A stretch of DNA of 64,000 bases from Vicugna vicugna (taxonomy: Eukaryota): NCBI GenBank assembly GCA_013265495.1, contig MU057597.1, forward strand, positions 86,563 through 150,562, written 5' to 3'. A program made the translations under genes and the position numbers. The notes under the pieces were generated by a model. The model did no database searches and was not told the DNA's origin. It saw only the letters and a list, made by a program, of their open reading frames with translations. Below are positions 13,991 through 26,688 of the stretch, one piece after another (positions within the stretch are counted from its first letter, which is position 1; each line of letters starts with the position of its first letter).

Positions 13991-14270
13991 ATACAAAAGA
14001 AAACGTCGACAGCTGTTTGTCTATGCAGGAGTGTTAGATACTCTGTTCTACGCACTGAGTGATATTCAGTATCTAGATGAGCTACGGTCTGAGTGGTGTC
14101 TTCCAAGATGACAAAGTCCACAGAGGTTTTATGGAGAGGTCAAAAACTTCAATTATAATCATGCTAACAACAGCAGTGACTAAAGGTGTTTGAGCAACTC
14201 CTATGTGCTAAGCATTACTCCAAACGCTTTACATGTACTAACTTGTAATCAACATAGTATCTCATTAGAA

Positions 14271-14450
14271 GGGGGAAGGGTACATACAGCTCAGCGGTAG
14301 ATCACATGCTTAGCATGCACAAGGTCCTGGGTTCAATCCCCAGAACCTCCATAAAAAAAAGTTAAATAAATTTTTAAAAATAAAAAAATTAATAAATAAA
14401 CCTAATTACCACCCAACTCAAAAAAAATTTTTAATTAAAAATTAAAAAAA
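14271..14450 (+). mobile_element. tRNA-derived SINE
   Basis: gggggaagggtac...agctcagcggtag...ttagcatgcacaaggtcctgggttcaatcccc with A-rich tail. Confidence 0.8.
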
Positions 14451-14543
14451 ATTCTCAGAGTAGTAAAAATAATGACAAATAAGGGTATGGAAAAAATATA
14501 GTTATTAAGGAAGAATATTTTGCAGGGAAAGTACAGCTTTCTG

Positions 14544-14740
14544 TATAGCTCAGTAGAGCTCAGTGATAAAGTGCATCCTTAGCATGCATGAGGTCCTGGG
14601 TTCAATCCCCAGTACAGCTCAGTTATAAAGTGCATCCTTAGCATGCATGAGGTCCTAGGTTCAATCCCCAGTGCCCCCTTAAAAATATAGATAAACTTAA
14701 TTACCCTCCCACAAAATCCTAAAAAAAAAAAGTTAAGTTA
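14544..14740 (+). mobile_element. SINE with tandemly duplicated tRNA-like head
   Basis: agctcagt(g/t)ataaagtgcatccttagcatgcatgaggtcct(g/a)ggttcaatccccagt occurs twice in tandem. Confidence 0.8.
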
Positions 14741-14774
14741 AAAAATTTTAAAAGAGAAAAAATAAAGACCACCA

Positions 14775-14990
14775 ATAACAAATATAATAACAATGAAAAT
14801 GTTTGAAACATGTGAGAATTACCAAAATGTGAGACACAAACTGACCAAATGCTGTTGGAAAGATGGCACCAAAGACCTTCTCCATGCAGGGTTGCCACAA
14901 ACCTTCAATGTGTACAACAAACAAAAACAAAATGCAGTATCTGTGAGGAGCAATAAAGCAAAATGCACAAAAATCAGGAATATGCTTGTA
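14775..14990 (+). mobile_element. Tigger1-like DNA transposon 3' end
   Basis: gagaattaccaaaatgtga...tgctgttggaaagatggcacc...gcagggttgccacaaaccttcaat...gcaataaagc...tatgcttgta matches the Tigger1 terminus as I recall it. Confidence 0.75.
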
Positions 14991-16939
14991 TAGATCAAAC
15001 AAAGTTACCATAACCACAATTACATATGACATTAAGTCAATTAAAAATGGAAAGACACACCCGTGAAATTAACTACAGACGCTGAGTAGTTGAAGGGTAT
15101 AAATAACGTGCTTTGTTAGTGTAGCTACGTGCTTAAGAAATTACCTTTGCAGCCAGACAGCATGGATTCAAATCCGGATTCAGCCACTTCCTGGGATGGG
15201 ATTTTTCTGGTCCCATCCAAGTTTCTTTATCTGGGAAACGAGAAAAGACATTAGAACTTATTTCAGAGCTGAAAACTCAATTAAGATATTATGCATACGG
15301 CAGTAATTACAGTGACTCTCAGTGCAAGTGTGATGTGAAAGAAAACAGAAATTGAAATGAAGATCACTTACCGAAGAGAAATGTATTTTTTTGGTTGGGA
15401 GCAAATTCGAAGTGGAGGATACTGGATGTCAGTTGTCATGTTCAAAGGAGCACAAATCTTATTTTTTCTCACAATGCTCTGGCTCTGAATGTGAATCCAT
15501 CACTGGGAAAGGGTAGGATGGCATCCAGACATTTAAGAATGGAGAGTGTCTCCTTGTCACAAACTATAGTTGGAAGCTTGGCATCTTTCTACCACAGTCA
15601 TCGGTATATTTTCATTCCCTTCACTGTGTGCACGTGCGGCTCCACACACTCGATTTTCAAGCATCTGACCACAGCCAACTCCCACAAAACAGGTCAGGTC
15701 TCCACTGTGCCCTTTCCAGTCCTTTCACTGAACTGACCCCTAGAGGAGCTCTCTCTCCTCCTGCTTCTCGTGCACCTACTTTGTACATGTAATTGTGTTA
15801 TGTGCATTTTCATGTTGCAAGAGCCTGAAAATAACACACCGATTCATCTGTCCCTTGGTGTCAAACAAGGGACATACGTGTGGAAGAAAAATACAATGCT
15901 AAGGAAAAACTGTATTAAAGAATACTTTATTCCATTACAAAATAAACCATATAACATATCCTTAACATCATAACTTAAAAGGGAAATTTTAAAATCTTCT
16001 GGAAAACTGTTGTTCTAGTATAAGTGCTTATTTATACTATCTAATGAACATTTGCAAACATTTTTATTAAAATAGTTTAAATATCTTAGGCAATGTATCT
16101 AAACGGTATTTTACAGACATGTTTAACAACTATATTGAACAATGGAACATACTGTGCTGACGGAAAGGAAGTGTAGTACATTATTACTGTGAAGAAAAGT
16201 GTGGTGTGTCCTAACCAAGAAATCAGGTTTGAAGGGGAAACATTTAGTGTTTAATTAAACAGTCTGCATTTTGTGATGTTTCATTGGTCACACCGATGAA
16301 GCCTTACCACAATCTCCTACTCAACCCATCTGGGCAAGCTGCTAAAAAGAGCCTGATGACTCCTTCCTCTGGTACCAACTGGAGGTTCAAACCAAAAGCA
16401 GGTAACCTCCCTTCAACCCCACCCACTCATCACCTTAACACACCAAGCCAGTCACCATCCCCTGGTCTCTCAAACCATTTTTTGAACACCATCAGTCTCC
16501 ACTGTCCCCTGAGAATGCTGAATTATTGAAGAAATATCCTCATGACCCCTCAATGTTAGTATCAGCACTCACGATCATACCAACTCTGGGTGAGGTTTCA
16601 GTCTAATCCGGGGAATGGTCACAAATGCACACAAGCAACATGTTTTGGGAGAAACGAAATGTCTAGTTTATCCATCAACAAAAATGTCCCCACTGTATTT
16701 TGTTCAGGACAAAACTCATGACGCTGATCTTTTCAAATTATTGCACTAAGCACTTCAAGCACAAGAGAGATTTCATGATTTAAACATTTTTCAAAATTTT
16801 GCACAAAGGTACTATTTTCCTATTTTCCCTCATGTTAATCAAGGTGCATGCCATGGGTTCTATTTCAACATAAAAAAGGGACATGAAGAAATATATTCAT
16901 ATAGTGTCTATTCAGAAATAGGGAGCATATTTTAGAGTG

Positions 16940-17305
16940 TTTAAAAAAAAAAAAAAGCCCCAAGCTGGCGCCAGGAGAACAGGGCAAGATTTCACTGCGG
17001 TTTCTCCCCTCCCAGGAACACAACCTTAAAGCAGTCACCCTGGACTTTCCTAACACCAGTGAGTTAACCTACAGGGTAAAACTTCCATCCTCCATTTACT
17101 GAAAAAGGCAACTTCGCCTGAAACAACCTTTTCTTTTACTAACAGCTTTCTTATCCTGCCCAGTTTCTGCCTTGAAAACCTTTCCACTTGGCACAGCTCC
17201 TGGAATCACCTTTCTTTGCTACATGGCACGCTGCCTGAGTCATGAACCATCCCATAAAGCCAATTTGTTTTTTAATTTACTTGGTTCAATTTCTGTACCT
17301 TCACG
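16940..17305 (+). mobile_element. Solo LTR-like element (ERV1-type); partial paralogous copy at ~45462-45670
   Basis: Starts tgt; ataaagccaat poly(A)-like region near the 3' end; shared with the 3' flank of gene C. Confidence 0.45.
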
Positions 17306-17599
17306 GAAGTCAGAGTCTGAAGTACACTGTTAGGCTTTTGCATTACAGCCACAGAAATATCCTGCAACAGAATGTGGGGAGAATAACTCATGCACAAACA
17401 ATGAGTATGTCATTCCCAAATTGCATGCTGTTTGCATCTAAGAAGAAATTATTGTATCATAGAAAGAAATGGAGATTCATTCAACCCTGATTGCCTAATG
17501 GTGCACTGTTAGCTTCTGTTATAAAGGACCAAGGCAGAGTAAAACGGTGTTGGTGGAAGAAACATGATTCATCCAGCGTTATGACAAAAATGATTAAAT

Positions 17600-17609
17600 T
17601 TTATTTATT
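17600..17609 (-). terminator. Candidate poly(A) signal (AATAAATAAA) for KZNF gene B
   Basis: Two overlapping AATAAA on the minus strand ~1.2 kb past the finger ORF stop. Usage is not verifiable from sequence. Confidence 0.35.
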
Positions 17610-18202
17610 AAAACAGAAGACCCGTGATACATTCCAATACAACAGCAGCAAAAGGCGACAGCAGCAGTTAAACGGGAATCCTAACCGTACACATGCCACT
17701 CTGGTTCTTCCGGTTAAACTTGTCTCTCAAGATAGCAGCTCTCTCTCCAGTTTCCAGGAGAAGGACTAGTTTTTCTTTCAGCATCAACAGCCAGTGCCAT
17801 CCGACGGAGAAAGTGACCAACTTTCCCCCTGCACTATTTCTAGTGGAGAGTCAGTCCCTAGGAACTGGTCACTGTCCTCCCATGAAAAGCCGGTCCCTTA
17901 ACGTCCTTGTGTGCTGTTTATGGGCAGCTGGTGGAGCTCTCTGTCCATAACCCACGGTGATCTCTCCACAGACAAGCACCCTGAACTTAGTGAGCAGGAT
18001 GAGGCAAGTCACAGTTTTACATTATTCTCTGCCCCTCCTTGAAGGTAATTCACACACTGTTGAACTGGATAATTCAGGGTCCTCGTCTTTCCAGGGAGCA
18101 TGGATGTGAATGAACCACATCTAAAGAAATCAGCCCCTTCATCCTGCTGGGCTTTCCCAGAGACCATCATGAAAGGCCTGGAACGAAGGCATAAGATCAA
18201 CA

Positions 18203-18400
18203 TGTTACCAACCCCAAGCTCTTAACGCTCGCCGCACAACAGGCCAGTCAACTGACGGACTAGTTGTTGGGGCAAGGAATGGGGACTTTATCTGGAAAGC
18301 CAGCAGACAAGGTTGGGGGCTAGACTCATCTTCCCTGAGTTAGAATTCAGGCTTCTCTTATACTAACAGGGGAGGCAGTAAAGTGCTGGTTCGGGTCTGA
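18203..18400 (-). mobile_element. ERV1-type LTR 3' fragment in the gene B 3' region
   Basis: The minus strand ends ...ggtaaca; ttgttggggcaaggaatggggactttatctggaaagccagcagac resembles laurasiatherian ERV1 LTRs. Confidence 0.55.
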
Positions 18401-18577
18401 CCACACTAAATACATTTCTCTGGCTTCTAGCCAGTATGAATTTCTCACGAAGCCTGAGATGTGAACGCCTGCTAAAACCACTACCCCACTGTTAAGAGCT
18501 CTCGCCAGTAAGGATACTTGATGGTAAATTAGGCTTGAAAGTGCACTGAAGGATGGGACACACTCGTTAGATCTCTA

Positions 18578-18682
<105 letters not shown>

Positions 18683-18806
18683 TTATCTGATGGTAAGTGA
18701 GGCTGAACGCACAAGAGCTTTGCCACACTTTTAGTATCTGTAGGGTTTCTTTTGAAGTTTGGGTTGCGAAGACCTTCCCACATGGTCACACTTGCCCAGT
18801 TTCCCC

Positions 18807-20133
18807 TCACGTATGGATTTTCTGATGTTTAGTGAGGGCTGAGACCTGAGCAAAGGCTTTTCCGCACTCAAAGCATTTGAAAGGATTCTCTACCACATCC
18901 ACTCTCTGATGACTTGTGAGGTGTGAATTTCGACTGAAGACCTTGCCACACTCGTTGCATTTGAAAGGTTTCTCTCCGGTATGAATTCTCCAATGGAGTC
19001 GAAGATGTGATTTTTGACCAAAGACCTTTCCACAGTTGTTGCATCTGAAAGGTTTCTCTCCGGTATGAATTCTCCGATGGGTTGTAAGGTGTGAACTGTA
19101 ATTAAACAGCTTGCCACACTCGTTACACTTATAACGTTTCTCTCCAGTATGAATTCTCAGATGAACTGCAAGGTTTGACTTTCGACTAAAGACACTGGCA
19201 CATACATCACATTTATATAATTTCTTTCCTGTATGAACTGTCTGATGTCTAGAAAGGTTTGAGCAGCGATTAAAGGTTTTGCCACACTCATTACACTGGA
19301 AAGGTTTCTCTCCAGTATGAACTCTCCAATGATTTGCAAGGTATGAATTTCGACTAAAGACTTTGGCACACACATCACATTTATGTAATTTCGCTCCTGG
19401 GTGGATGATCTGACGTCTGGTGAGGGTGGAGTCATCACTAAAGGCTTTGCCATACTCATTACATTTATAACCTTTCTTTCCACCGTGAATTTTCTGATGA
19501 CGTACAAGCTGTGAATTTCGACTGAAGAATTTGTCACATACATCACACTGATATAATTTCTCTCCAGTATGGATGATCTGATGTCTGGTGAGGTGTGAGA
19601 CCCTGAGAAAGCTTTTCCCACACTCGTCACGTCTGTGAGGTCTTTCCCTGTGTGCTTTCTGGCGCTGCGTCATCACAGAAGGATGCATAAAATCACTCCC
19701 ATGTATATTAGACGCGTCAGTTTGGACACTAGGAGGAAGTCTTTGAAATGGTGAAAACAAGAAACTACTGCTGACAGACTTCTCAGCTTCATCACATTCA
19801 GAAATCAGCCCTTCAGTAAGAAGTATGTGCAGCTCAGCCTGAACGTTTAACCCAAGCCTATTTCCAATGGGCTTGATTCCCATATCCCTTCTGTCAGGTC
19901 GACCTCTTCCGCCTGTGAGATCTCCCTTATGGGCTACACCCATTCCTTCGTGACATCTTACGTCACCTCTCCACCAACACTCAAAGTCATACGTGTTTTC
20001 CTGGATTTCCCTGAGGTGAAGTGTTTGCTCTCACGACTTTCAGGACTTCCCAACATCACTGTTTGGAATACTTCCCCTATGTCACTGCTTGCTTTCGGTT
20101 GTAAGTGCTTAACCACATGCATAGGAGAGAGAT
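18807..20133 (-). CDS. KZNF gene B final exon: spacer plus 10 C2H2 repeats (7 canonical); frameshifted relative to KRAB at ~20016-20020
   Basis: Acceptor cttgtag| at 20134/20133. ORF 18807-19943 has CxxC...HxxxH repeats and TGEKP-type linkers. The KRAB frame stops at TAA 19958-19960. Further degenerate finger DNA lies at ~18410-18800. Confidence 0.9.
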
Positions 20134-20309
20134 CTACAAGATACAAAGCAACATAGGTATCCTGTTCACTACAATTCATAAGCAAATGCCTCCTTTTGAA
20201 TATATGACATTACACCAACAGTAATACTTATACCAAAGAGAGTTATGAAGCAGCCCAACCACGACCTTAAACTATTAGAAACACTAAAGGGATAAAGTTT
20301 TTGTTGGTG

Positions 20310-20460
20310 TTTTTTTGGGGGCGGTGGGAGGGGGTGGAAATTAGATTTACTGATTTATTTATCTATTTATTTTTAACGTGGGAACTAAGGATTGAACCCA
20401 GGACCTCAGTCATGCATGCTAAGCATGCGCTCTACCACTGAGCTATACCCACCTCCCCAT
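20310..20460 (-). mobile_element. tRNA-derived SINE
   Basis: attgaacccaggacctc...gcatgctaagcatgcgctctaccactgagctataccc. Confidence 0.8.
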
Positions 20461-22298
20461 AATGGGATCAAATTATTTACTAAAGAAAGGTAATGTGCAA
20501 TTCAAATTGCTTTTAGGGTAGGCTAGTTATCAAACACCCTAGCACAAAAATATTCACACTGGACAAACTTACGTCAGCTCTCAAAGAAAGGGAACTTTTC
20601 CACTATGAATGACCCCAAAGCACATACCAATTAACACTAAACATACTGCCATCTCATGACTGAGGAAGAACCATAGCACAGATAATCCTGCACACTTACT
20701 GTACAGAAACAAATGCTACTGAGCGCACAACATACTGTAACACTAAATAATCCGAAACCAACGTAACCAATGACTAATCTAAGTGGCTGCTTAGAATTGT
20801 GGACCAAACACAGCACAGAGAAAAATGAAGAATTTGATAAAACTGCCTTTAAGAAAACAAACTATTTTTCTGAATACCTGCTTCAAAACTACAAATACAT
20901 AAAAAGGCATTTATTTTACATTAACAGGTAGTGTGTCAGCTGTATTGCATAAGACATGCTGAAAGACCATCATCTGTAAATCACAACCAACAAATAGTAA
21001 GATTCTCCAGTTATCTAACAGCCATTAAGTACAATTTGTACCTACGCAGTACCTTAAATCATCTACTTCACTGGCTCCAAAACACATGCAATAAACAATA
21101 AGCACTTGGTAAATTTATTAACTAGGGTCAGACACAATGTCGTTGAGAACAAATTAATAATTCAAACGGATGTTATAAAAACCATGACAAAATATTTATA
21201 CAGCTTTTTATACAAAAGTAACTTTTGAGTATTTACTACGAAACAGGCAATATTCTAAGCCATCTGACAGCACTAGTTTGTTTTAAAAGGCTTGAAGTAA
21301 ATTAACACGATTTGTCAAATCAGGGCAGTAGACTCAGCGATTTGGCTCCATGACCCCAAAAGACACAGAAAGTGGTGAGAGAACCAGGATGTGACCTTGG
21401 ACCTAGACACGGAGACAGTATATTCTTAAGCAAGACTGCCCACCCAGGCAGGATAGATTACAAATATTACAACAAATACCAAGAGTTTAGAAATAAAATG
21501 TCCAGGGAGATGCAAGAAGAGGTGAGCTGTGTAACTAATACAGTTATTCAGCCATCCCTTCCAGAAATGGTCTCTGAGTCATCACGGCTGCACACGGTAA
21601 TTTCGGCTGTGTCCTGGGGAAGCTGTTCAATGGATGAAGAGGGGTCATTTTACAGTGTGAGTCATGTGGAAGGTGGAGGGATGGGTGAGGGAGGGTTGTG
21701 GAACCTGGGAAGTTCAGGACAACAACTCACATGTGCTAACAGATAACCATGTTTCCATCCACATCCAGGTACCATGTGAGGAAAGGTCAGGATGGAGAGA
21801 GGGTCTGAGTGGAGCACGGGGTACACGCACACGTGGGAGCACAGCCAGAGACTGCGCGTCTGTGTGACTGTAACTGCATCATTCACACCTGCACCTAACA
21901 TACTGACCTCTAGAGAAAAGACGAATTGATTTAGCAAGTAGGGTACCACTGTCCCATTTTTAACCATGAGAACTACACTATGGGAATGGACAGAAATGAA
22001 AGAGATTTAAAACGTCAGAGCGTGACATTGCAAGGAAAAAGCAGAATTACGTCTATCACACTATTTGCTGTGCGATGTATCAAACTGAATATGCCATGCG
22101 TTCCACTGTCATGTTTATAGTCAAGAAAAACATACATAATATTCCAAGAGATTGTGCAAGAATGTTTTTAGCAGAAATCGGAAGGAAAAACCAGGAAAAG
22201 GACAACCAAAGGAGATGGGTGCATTTATTCCGTACACATACATCTTGTTCCACACCTGTTCCCCCCAAAACTGGGGAACATCAACAAAAAGGGAGCAC

Positions 22299-22986
22299 TG
22301 AAACCAAACGGGATGCTGTGAGGCCCTCCCGGGGACAAAAGCCTTTCCTAGTCCCATTTCCTATTTGGAGAAAAGGCTTTTGTCTCCTCGACCTTCCCTG
22401 AAATCCAAAGAGCAGACTCAAGCAGTTACTGTGAAGGGGTGAGGAAAGGCAGAAACAACGGAACAGCAAGCCCAACATGCTCTTTCCCACGATTGGCAGC
22501 TTAAACCGTTAACTTGATTTGTGACCCCAAACTGTGGCTGCAACCAGCGGCCCCAAGAGGACTCAAAAGTTGATGACGCCTGGAGGGGTCAACAGAGAAC
22601 CGGAATTCATAACCTGACACGTGGGCTCTGAGTAAATCATAACTGCCCCCACCACCAAGCGCTTCTGCCCTCTCCCGGAAGGAAGCTGAAGGATCCCAAG
22701 ACCAGGATTTAGGAGCCAGTTTTGCAGGATCAGACAGAGTAACCACGAAAAGAAGTCCCAACACGGTGCCAGAAAGGCTGCGGCCGAGATTCTGCAGCAA
22801 AGCTGGAATCACAGACACTCCCCTCCCATCTCCCTTAAAAATCTGACACCCTGTCCAGCCAGGAAGATGGATCTGAAACAAGGCTGGGTCTCCATCATCA
22901 GGTTGCCTCCTTGACTAATAAACCTTCCTCTGCTCGGCTTGTCTGGCTTCACGGTGCGTCAGGCACATGAACTTCGTTCGACATCA
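22299..22986 (+). mobile_element. Solo ERV1-type LTR in gene B intron 3
   Basis: Begins tgaaaccaaacgggatgctgtgaggccc, has AATAAA at ~22917 and ends ...acatca. Absent from the paralogous intron of gene C. Confidence 0.6.
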
Positions 22987-23084
22987 TGATATTTTAATGC
23001 ATGGTCTCTGTTAGGAAAAGGTGTTAACACTAACACTGCGCTGAAAACAAGGCTTCAACGGAGCAGCTCCTCAGAGCTCTCATC

Positions 23085-24290
23085 ACACTCAGTGGTGAAA
23101 GACTGAAAGCTCTTCCTCTAAGATCACAAACAAGACAAGGATATCTGCTCTCACTGCTTCCAAAAATCTATTACTGGAAGCGCCAGCAAAGACACATGGG
23201 CAGAGAAGGAGACAACTGGTACCACGGCAGCAAAAGGGAGCCAAATTCTCTCTCTTCCCAATGGCCATGATCGGGTATGCGGAAAACCCTGAAGAGTCTG
23301 CAAAAGACTTGCTAGAAATAATGACAGCGTTCCAAAAAATTACCAGGTATCAATTCAACATACAAAAATCAAAAGGGTTTCTTAATACCAAAAATGAACA
23401 CTCAAAAAAGAAACAGAGACAACTATCCCATTTACAAGGGAACAAAAATTAATAAAATATTAGACATAATGTTATACAAGAAGTAAACAATTTATATACT
23501 ACAAACTAAAAGACTGCTGGAAAATATTAGGAAAGATACAAATAATTGAAAAAGTATCCCATGTTCCTGGACAGGAAGCCAGTATCGACAAGAAGTCAAC
23601 ACCAGCCAAAGTTACCAACAGACACACCCGACCCCGAGAGCAATCCCAGTACCATTCCCATGAAAAACAGGTAGATCGATCGTACAATTCCTGTGGAATC
23701 TCAAGAGAGAATGAATAGCAAAAACACGCTTGAACAGAACACATTCAGGGGTCTCACACTTCATTTCAAAACTCACTCCAAAGCTACACTGATCAAAGCA
23801 GTGCGGTACTGGCACAGACACAGAGACCACTGGCACAGAACAGACAGATCAGAAAGAGTCTTGCGTACAAGGTCAAGTGACGTTCCACAGGGGTATCAGG
23901 ACCACTCAGTGCGGGAAGGGCTCTCTAATGATCAAAACATGCTAAGAAACCTGAGTATCAGAAGAATTTAGTTGGACCATTCTCTTACACTACAGACAAA
24001 AATTAACTCAAGATCAATAAAGACCTAAAAGTTAAGTCCTTACTGTATAAAACTCCTAGAAGTAAACATACAGAAAAAGATTCTTGACATTAGATACACC
24101 AAAGATGTATCAAATACAATACCAAAAGCACAGGCCCACAAAGTAAAAAAGATAAATTATACTACATCAGAATTACACATTATTGTGCACTAAGCACACT
24201 CAATAGAGTGAAAAGACAATCTATGGTACAGGAGAAAAGATCTGCAAATCACATGTCTGATAACAGACAAACACAAAGAATATACAAAGA
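23085..24290 (+). mobile_element. Old degenerate LINE-1 ORF2 3' fragment
   Basis: Translations include KATLIKAVRYWHRHR and GYAENPEES; L1-like DNA throughout. Confidence 0.8.
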
Positions 24291-26526
24291 ACTCTAACAG
24301 GGACTGGTAACCAGCTCCACCATGGGGGGGCCCTTCCCCAAGCAACCATCCCCCACATCGCAAATACAAAACAAAAACCCTAGGAGTAACATGAAAACAG
24401 TAACGTAATGATAAAATAAATCAAAATCACTTCTGATGCAGGGAAACATACAAAATGAAAGTAACAGTGTCTTCAATAAAACAACTGGTGGTTCATCACT
24501 GAAGGTATCACTCCACTGCATAATCTCGCATCCAGACGCTTCAAAATCACATGTGCAGGCAGAACTCACACACAGGTGATGGCACACAGAGCATCGACAA
24601 CGGTGTATGGAGTAAACAGCCCCACAGATGTGAGGATGTGAGCTTGGACACAACTGTCCCCAGGAGAAACCCCTATACTACTGACCGAGGCTCAAAGGGG
24701 ATGGTCATTACTATTTGTGAACAACAGTGTCACAGTGTCCCGGAGACACGATTTTTTGACATTCCTCAAAACCAGAAAAAAAAAACTGGAAAGATTTATA
24801 GGTCAAGGTCTTGAAATACTCTCTGTCTCGTATACAGCATGTTGACCACTCTGCTAAGGAGCTTCAAGTGGTGGTGCTGTACGAAGCAGGAAATTATTAC
24901 AGCATGTGAGGGAGTTTTCTCCATCAAAAATTTTCTGTTACCTAGTAAACCCACCCCATAGAGAGTCCATCATAGTGGTTGACTAGAGGCGGATTATCAC
25001 AGCAAAGAAACTGAAAAAACCATCAAACCCTAGGACTACGTACTTCAAAAGCAAGTTTTAAGAAGCAAAACTATACAACTAAGGAGAATAGAAAATCTGG
25101 AAGAGTCTACATTTGAGACTAGCTAGAACAGTACAAGAGTGGAAAAAATATAACATGTGTGGGTCGGATATTATAGGACCTTGAGAAGGGACCAAGTACT
25201 CTACACACAGATGCCAAACTGGGAGCCTGAAAGACGCACATATGCTCCCCTTGTAGGATTTGGGGTCAAAAGAGGATCTCTGTGTCCACTGTCCTTCTAC
25301 TTGTCCTAAGTAACAATTACAGAAGTTCCAATCCACCTGGTTGTTACAAACAGCCCTGAAGTGCGTGGCAGAAGCAAACGGAAGAAAGGGCTGAGGGATG
25401 CAAACAAGCAGACAGGATCTGAGGCAGCTCCACGCAGGTTCTGAGGTGCCAGATGGAATCAAAGAGCAGCCAGTGTTTCCCCATTTTCTGATTAGGTCTT
25501 CTAAAAACATCAAATGGGGACGGAACAAAAAAATGTTCAGAGCTTGGAGTCTGGAGGCATCAGCTCTGATCTATATGGACTGAGAACCAAGCATCCAGTG
25601 GAATCACGCCCTGAAGGAGATGAGGGGACAAGAGGCCCCTTTAAAACAGTCCCCATCATGCTTCTCAAAGTCAAGTAACAATTCCACAGCAAACAGATGG
25701 CAGTGTAGATCATGATACAGACTGCCTTTGTCTCTGGAGGAGCTGCAGCACCACTGGAGGGTGAAAGAACACATTTTACAAGTTGCAGGACAGAGTGAGA
25801 AGTTGAAGAGAAGAAAAATTTCCTGTCAGAGTTTTTGATAAATAAATTTGTTTTCTTAATGAACTCTCCACTATGAGAAAGGATCCCAAACACTATTAAT
25901 GCTGTGGCTTCCTCTCTGCTCTTCTGAGATCTGACCTGTGTGCACACTTTTCATACATTCCCACCTGATACATTCCCACCCATTGCGTTTTCTATTTTCA
26001 CATCATACCCCACAGTCCAGGGCTGTTTCTCTTGCTCCAAAATAGAGGTAATATTCAAATCAGAAATAGAAATTGTTGCCTATCAGAAGGAAGAAATCCA
26101 AAGTACTGTGTCTTTTCCAGAATCCTAGCTCTCTGCTCAGCTCAGAAGGGAGGATATTCGGGGTGGGTCTGGAAAAGTATTTCACACATTCATCCACCGC
26201 TTGCCTCCTTCTAAATGAAGAGGGGACAGTGTGATATGCGGATATCTAGCTCTCTTCGAAAAACAGAGAGTCAACAGCCAAAAGGTAGAAATACGAAATT
26301 GGATATTTTTTAACAGTTTGCCATTGAGCTTTATACGTAATTAACCTCTAGAACAATCCCTGATGCAACATGAAATGGGCTGACCGTGAAGAAAGGGTCA
26401 GTTGAAATTCATGACACCACCTCATGTCTGAGTCAACAGGGCTTTCAGATCAATGAAGCAAAACACAGGCTCCCAAGAGGCACAGAGGGGAAAATGCAAG
26501 GACACTCAAGGGCAGATCCTGAATTA

Positions 26527-26688
<162 letters not shown>

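Noticed and set aside
18890..19630. Overlapping ORFs 18890-19117 and 19157-19630
   Set aside because: Alternate-frame shadows of the C2H2 repeat array.
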